Assembly (NCBI GenBank): GCA_964510165.1
Contig: CAZEBC010000038.1
Coordinates: 1 to 11,749, forward strand
Direction of reading: 5' to 3'
Length of the DNA: 11,749 nucleotides
DNA from: an uncultured bacterium
GTDB taxonomy: Bacteria > Abyssobacteria > SURF-5
Made by a program: the position numbers and the translations under genes. A model generated the notes under the pieces. The model was not told the origin of the DNA. It worked only from the letters and a program-made list of their open reading frames with translations, and did not search any database. Positions 7,811 through 11,749 of this stretch are shown here, in pieces. Numbering within the stretch: the first letter of the stretch is position 1; the number at the start of each line of letters is the position of its first letter.

Positions 7811-8408
7811 GCAAAGAGGCTTTATCATATTCGGCCTTGCACTGACGTGCCTTGCCGCCTGTTCCGCCAGGATTCCGCCGACAAACTACTATGTCCTCGG
7901 CTTCACGGATTCCCAGACACAGAATCCCCTTGAGAGCCGATTCCCTTATACCCTGCTGGTGGAGCCTTTCGAGTCGAACTCGGTCTACCTGCAAAAGAAA
8001 ATCGTGTGGCGTTCCGGCCCGAACGAGATTGGATACTACCCATACGAGAAATGGGCCGCGCTTCCCTCAGAAATGTTCACCTACCGATTGTACAGATACG
8101 CGCAGGAATCCGGACTGTTCCAGCGCGTGTATTCAATTGATGCTCCCAGGCCGACCGACCTGAGGCTCGGCGGCAGAATCATGGCGTTTGAGGAACTTGA
8201 TACCCCCGAGGGACGGTTCGGACATGTGAGCGTGTCGGCGGAACTTGCCCGAGCCGACGGGACAATAATCTGGAACGGCGAGAGCAGCCATAAAATACGG
8301 ATGGCAGAGCAGACGCCGGAAGCCGTGGTCAACGCAATCGCCGCCGCGACCGAGGCCGTTGTCGCCGAAATGCTTTCCTCGATCGAGCAGTTGCTGGCGC
8401 AGATGTGA
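7800..8408 (+). CDS. PqiC-like ABC-transport auxiliary lipoprotein
   Basis: ATG 7800; signal peptide with lipobox LAAC (Cys21); NYYVL, IVWR..YY.YEKWA.LPSEM, LGGRIMAFE pattern; located after the MCE gene. Confidence 0.82.
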   Translation: MSVKQRGFIIFGLALTCLAACSARIPPTNYYVLGFTDSQTQNPLESRFPYTLLVEPFESNSVYLQKKIVWRSGPNEIGYYPYEKWAALPSEMFTYRLYRYAQESGLFQRVYSIDAPRPTDLRLGGRIMAFEELDTPEGRFGHVSVSAELARADGTIIWNGESSHKIRMAEQTPEAVVNAIAAATEAVVAEMLSSIEQLLAQM

Positions 8409-8421
8409 CGGGGCTAGTCTC

Positions 8422-8449
8422 AACCACCAAGGCACGAAGGACACCAAGA
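8422..8449 (+). repeat. Short triple repeat CAC(C/G)AAG (AACCACCAAGGCACGAAGGACACCAAGA)
   Basis: CACCAAGG 8425-8432, CACGAAGG 8433-8440, CACCAAGA 8442-8449. Confidence 0.55.
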
Positions 8450-8457
8450 TTGACAAA

Positions 8458-8506
8458 CCGGTAATATTGGGGACACCATGCCAAATGGTGTCCTCAATAT
8501 TACCGG
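8458..8506. repeat. 22-bp-stem hairpin (REP-like or terminator-like)
   Basis: CCGGTAATATTGGGGACACCAT-GCCAA-ATGGTGTCCTCAATATTACCGG; 21 of 22 pairs are Watson-Crick, the other is G-T; no U-tract. Confidence 0.85.
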
Positions 8507-8539
8507 ACGATGCGCAACTCAGCGAGGAGAAGAATCACT

Positions 8540-9823
8540 ATGAACCTAAGAACAAGGGCGATGGTCGCTCTTGTTTTCTCGCTCCTGATAATCACTGGGA
8601 GCTTTTCCAACGCCTCAGCTGACGGTCCCGGACCTGCCGACGCCGCGAACGTGACGCTTCTGGGACATCTCGACATTGAAGGAGGCGGGATGGTGGATGT
8701 GCACAAGGGCATCGCGTATATCGGCCATATGGAGCCCCCGTTCGGCACAACCATCGTCAACGTCTCCGACCCTGCCACTCCAAGAATTCTCGCCAGGCTC
8801 AAGGCCGAGCCCGGAACTCATTCACACAAGGCGAGGGTATGCGGAGACACGATGATAGTCAACCGCGAGCAGTGGGCTGGCTCGATATGGGGATATATCT
8901 TTGGTTCGCTGTTCAACCGGCCGAGGGTCGGCCTCGCGATTTTCGATGTTTCAAACCCCGCCGCTCCCAAGGAAACCGCCTTCATGAAGACGGGCGGCGT
9001 GAGCCTCAAGAACGCTCCGGCGGGAGTGCACCGGTTCGAGTTTGACTGCGAGCGCAATCTCGCCTGTATAAGTTCGACGGCCGACGGTTATCGGGGCAAT
9101 ATCGTATTGATCGTAGACCTTGCCGACCCGAAGAACCCGCGAGAGGTGGGCCGATGGTGGCTGCCCGGCCAATGGCTCGAGGGCGGCGAGAAGCCCAAAT
9201 GGAAGAGGACCGACTACCACGTGCATCATCCCAACAGATTGGGAGACCGTCTCTATGTGCCGCTCTGGTTCGGCGGGTTCGCGATCGTGGACATCTCGGA
9301 TATCAGCAACCCGAAAACCGTGACGCATGTGAACCCGCAGCATTCCTCTCCCATCCACACGACACTTCCGATAGACCACGAGATCATGGGCCGCAAGTGG
9401 CTGCTCCTGTTTGATGAGGACATCACCGACGAGTGCGAAGACCCGCCCGCCTCGATGTGGCTGGTTGACATCACGGATGAGAAACAGCCGGTCATCGCAG
9501 CATCGTATCGCGCGCCCGAAGGCGGCAAACACAGCTTTTGCGATGGGCGCAAGGGCAAACGCTTCGGCGCTCACCAGCCACATGAGCGCGTGGGAGAGGA
9601 CAACCTCGTGTACTCGGCCTGGTTCTCGGGAGGGCTTCGCATCATTGACATCTCGAACCCATACAAACCTCAGGAAGTCGGGCATTATGTCCCGGAGCCG
9701 GTGGCGGGATACGAATTCCCGCAGAGCAACGACGTGTTTGTGGACGACAGAGAAATGATTTACCTGATTGACCGCCACAACGGTCTCGACATTCTGAAGT
9801 TTTCACGACCAGAGAGCGAATAG
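8540..9823 (+). CDS. Secreted LVIVD-repeat beta-propeller protein
   Basis: GAGGAG SD then ATG 8540; Sec-type signal peptide ending ASA; repeats TTIVNVSDPATP, LAIFDVSNPAAP, VLIVDLADPKNP, FAIVDISDISNP, MWLVDITDEKQP, LRIIDISNPYKP. Confidence 0.88.
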   Translation: MNLRTRAMVALVFSLLIITGSFSNASADGPGPADAANVTLLGHLDIEGGGMVDVHKGIAYIGHMEPPFGTTIVNVSDPATPRILARLKAEPGTHSHKARVCGDTMIVNREQWAGSIWGYIFGSLFNRPRVGLAIFDVSNPAAPKETAFMKTGGVSLKNAPAGVHRFEFDCERNLACISSTADGYRGNIVLIVDLADPKNPREVGRWWLPGQWLEGGEKPKWKRTDYHVHHPNRLGDRLYVPLWFGGFAIVDISDISNPKTVTHVNPQHSSPIHTTLPIDHEIMGRKWLLLFDEDITDECEDPPASMWLVDITDEKQPVIAASYRAPEGGKHSFCDGRKGKRFGAHQPHERVGEDNLVYSAWFSGGLRIIDISNPYKPQEVGHYVPEPVAGYEFPQSNDVFVDDREMIYLIDRHNGLDILKFSRPESE

Positions 9824-9848
9824 AAGATGAAACGAAAGGAGAACGCTC

Positions 9849-10583
9849 GTGGATTACAGTGGCTATAAGACCATCATGGTTGAGCGCAAGGGTTCGATCC
9901 TGCGCCTGACGCTTAACAGGCCCGACAGCCTGAATGCGGTCACGCCGACCATGCACGCCGAGCTTGCCACCATCTTCGCAGATATACGAAAAGACGATGC
10001 GGCGGATGTGGTCACCCTCACCGGCGCGGGCCGGGGCTTCTGCGCGGGCGCCGACCTGAAAGAGCCTATCCCGGACAAGCAGACCGCCGAACGCATATTC
10101 CATGAGGCCCGGGACATCATCGTCAATATCCTTGAACTCGACAAGCCGATAATCTCCGGCGTAAACGGGCCGGCTGCCGGGCTGGGCGCCACGCTGGCGC
10201 TCTTCGCGGATATCGTCATCGCATCGGAGCGCGCACGCATCGGCGACACCCACGTCAAGATCGGTCTGGCGGCTGGCGACGGCGGCGCCGTCATCTGGCC
10301 TATCCTGGTCGGGGTCAACAAGGCGAAGGAACTGCTGATGACAGGCGAAGTCATCAACGCACAGGAGGCCCTCCGCATAGGGCTGGTCAATTATGTCGTT
10401 CCCCACGAGGAGCTGGATGAAGCCGTCATGGGAATGGCGCAGAGGCTCGCGACTGGAAATACGCTTGCCATCCGCTACACAAAGAAGGCAGTAAACCAGT
10501 ATGTCAAATGGATGCTGAACCAGGTATTCGACTATTCGCTCGCATTGGAGTACCAGTGCGCGTTGAGGGCTTTCGCTCAATAG
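9849..10583 (+). CDS. Enoyl-CoA hydratase/isomerase (crotonase) family protein, C-terminus apparently shortened
   Basis: GTG start with AAGGAG SD; LTLNRPDSLNA, LTGAGRGFCAGADL, KPIISGVNGPAAGLG, AKELLMTGE, EALRIGLVN motifs. Confidence 0.88.
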   Translation: MDYSGYKTIMVERKGSILRLTLNRPDSLNAVTPTMHAELATIFADIRKDDAADVVTLTGAGRGFCAGADLKEPIPDKQTAERIFHEARDIIVNILELDKPIISGVNGPAAGLGATLALFADIVIASERARIGDTHVKIGLAAGDGGAVIWPILVGVNKAKELLMTGEVINAQEALRIGLVNYVVPHEELDEAVMGMAQRLATGNTLAIRYTKKAVNQYVKWMLNQVFDYSLALEYQCALRAFAQ

Positions 10584-10610
10584 TGGCGATCCGTTCTTTT
10601 CGCAAAGCCG

Positions 10611-11749
10611 TCACTCCGCGTCCTTGGCGCATCGAAATCCTATCGTGCTGCTTGTCACGTCGGGCCTGTAGCTCTTTCGGTGCGCAGCCCGAACGGATTG
10701 GGCGTCCGAGTTCCAGCAACCTCCGCGCACGACGCGGTAGTGGCCGTTCTCCGGCCCTTGCGGGTCCCGGTATGGCCCATATGAATAATAGTCCTCATCA
10801 TACCAGTCGGCGCACCATTCCCATACATTGCCAGCCATGTCATACAGTCCATAGGGACTTTTCCCGCGCTCATAGTGTCCGACAGGCGACGTAAGCGCGA
10901 ATCCGTCATCTGTGTCGCTGTCACTCCAGGCAAAACTCGTGTTTGCGTCCGCGAAGTTGCAGAGGGTCCCATCGGGGACCGTGTCTCCCCAGGGATACTT
11001 TCTGCCATCAGCGCCGCGGGCCGCCTTCTCCCATTCAGCCTCGGTTGGGAGTCGTTTGCCCGCCCACTCGGCGTAAGCCTGAGCGTTCCTCCAACTGACA
11101 AATGTGACGGGGTGATCCTCTTGCCCTGGTTCATATGTCCCGTTCTTCCAGTGTCTAAGATACTCGGCATTGGCATCGAGCCTGCCGTCGTATCCACTAG
11201 CGTCCAGGAAGGCCTTGTACTGGCTGTTCGTGACGGGATACCTATCGATATAGAAGGGCTTTGTGAAAACGAAGCGCACTGGAGTTTCTTCCGCGGTAGC
11301 GCCGCTGCCCATTTGGAAATAGCCTTCCGGCACATGCACAGATCCCTCTGGCGCCGCCTTTGGCGATATCGCGATGAAAGGATCTTCGTTGCTCGAGACT
11401 CTTGCCGCCTCGTAAGCAGGTAAGTATGCCGGATCGATGGGCTTCCAGATGTAGTCTTCAGGAAGACCGACAGGCTCTTCTTCCGTGTCCGTTCTGGGTG
11501 GAGAAACGAAGAAGACCTTTTGGCCACTCTCCACGGCTTTGCTTACCGCGGCATTCAAATCTTCTCTTGTAAAGTTGTATATCTTACTGAATCCGTATTC
11601 CCGCAGAGAAAGGGCGGTTGAGCGAGAACCGTTGAGAAGGAGCAAAGAGTTGACGTATACCGGGCTGATCGGGGAGATGACGAGCGAGTTTCCATCATCA
11701 TACAGTTGCAGGAACCTGGAAATCGTGTAATGGTCAGCGGAAACGCCCC
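10611..11749 (-). CDS. 5'-partial protein with C-terminal FGE-sulfatase (SUMF1/EgtB/PvdO-like) domain
   Basis: FQMGS, FYIDRYPVTNSQY, HPVTFVSW.NAQAYAEWAGKRLPTEAEWEKAARG, YGLYDMAGNVWEWC.DWY, RVVRGG.W, IGFRC; frame stays open from 11645 to the window end. Confidence 0.9.
   Translation of the reverse strand, partial: GVSADHYTISRFLQLYDDGNSLVISPISPVYVNSLLLLNGSRSTALSLREYGFSKIYNFTREDLNAAVSKAVESGQKVFFVSPPRTDTEEEPVGLPEDYIWKPIDPAYLPAYEAARVSSNEDPFIAISPKAAPEGSVHVPEGYFQMGSGATAEETPVRFVFTKPFYIDRYPVTNSQYKAFLDASGYDGRLDANAEYLRHWKNGTYEPGQEDHPVTFVSWRNAQAYAEWAGKRLPTEAEWEKAARGADGRKYPWGDTVPDGTLCNFADANTSFAWSDSDTDDGFALTSPVGHYERGKSPYGLYDMAGNVWEWCADWYDEDYYSYGPYRDPQGPENGHYRVVRGGCWNSDAQSVRAAHRKSYRPDVTSSTIGFRCAKDAE

Noticed and set aside
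8450-8478. Perfect TTGACA at 8450-8455 as a promoter for the LVIVD gene
   Set aside because: No -10-like hexamer at 16-18 nt spacing; TAATAT is only 6 nt away and lies inside the hairpin
8409-8539. CRISPR array or ncRNA gene in this spacer
   Set aside because: No repeat-spacer periodicity, no cas genes, and no recognisable tRNA or riboswitch motif
8359-8622. 87-aa ORF spanning the intergenic repeats
   Set aside because: Overlaps both neighbouring genes and simply translates the repeat and hairpin
10611-10900. Diversity-generating retroelement target (FGE/CLec-type C-terminus)
   Set aside because: No second near-identical copy (template repeat) and no reverse transcriptase seen in the window; cannot be excluded elsewhere in the genome
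10655-11527. 290-aa same-strand alternative-frame ORF inside the FGE-domain gene
   Set aside because: Arg/Ser/Pro-rich with no motif; the main frame is continuous, so no frameshift is needed
11100-11749. Apparently lower GC at the right end as evidence of horizontal transfer
   Set aside because: Judged by eye on a few lines only; no mobile-element signatures

Overview
GC-rich bacterial chromosomal window with 13 + strand genes and one convergent - strand gene that runs off the right edge. Left: housekeeping genes ybaB/ebfC, fmt, rsmB(sun), a kinase-less membrane-anchored 3xPASTA protein and rpe. These run, with overlapping or nearly abutting stop/start codons, into an RsbW/SpoIIAB-type kinase, an RsbV/SpoIIAA-type STAS protein and an MCE transporter set (MlaE, MlaF, long-helix MlaD/MCE, PqiC-like lipoprotein). 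A 22-bp-stem hairpin follows. Right: a secreted His-rich LVIVD-repeat beta-propeller, a crotonase-family gene with an apparently shortened C-terminus, and a 5'-partial FGE-sulfatase-domain gene. The most notable feature is the partner-switching pair, with no sigma factor or PP2C phosphatase in the window, directly upstream of mlaE. This suggests a phosphorylation-switchable MlaB-like subunit controlling an MCE lipid transporter (hypothesis). A candidate internal sigma70 promoter (TTGCGA-N17-TATAAT) and several REP-like intergenic elements are also visible. All family calls come from motif recognition by eye, not database searches.
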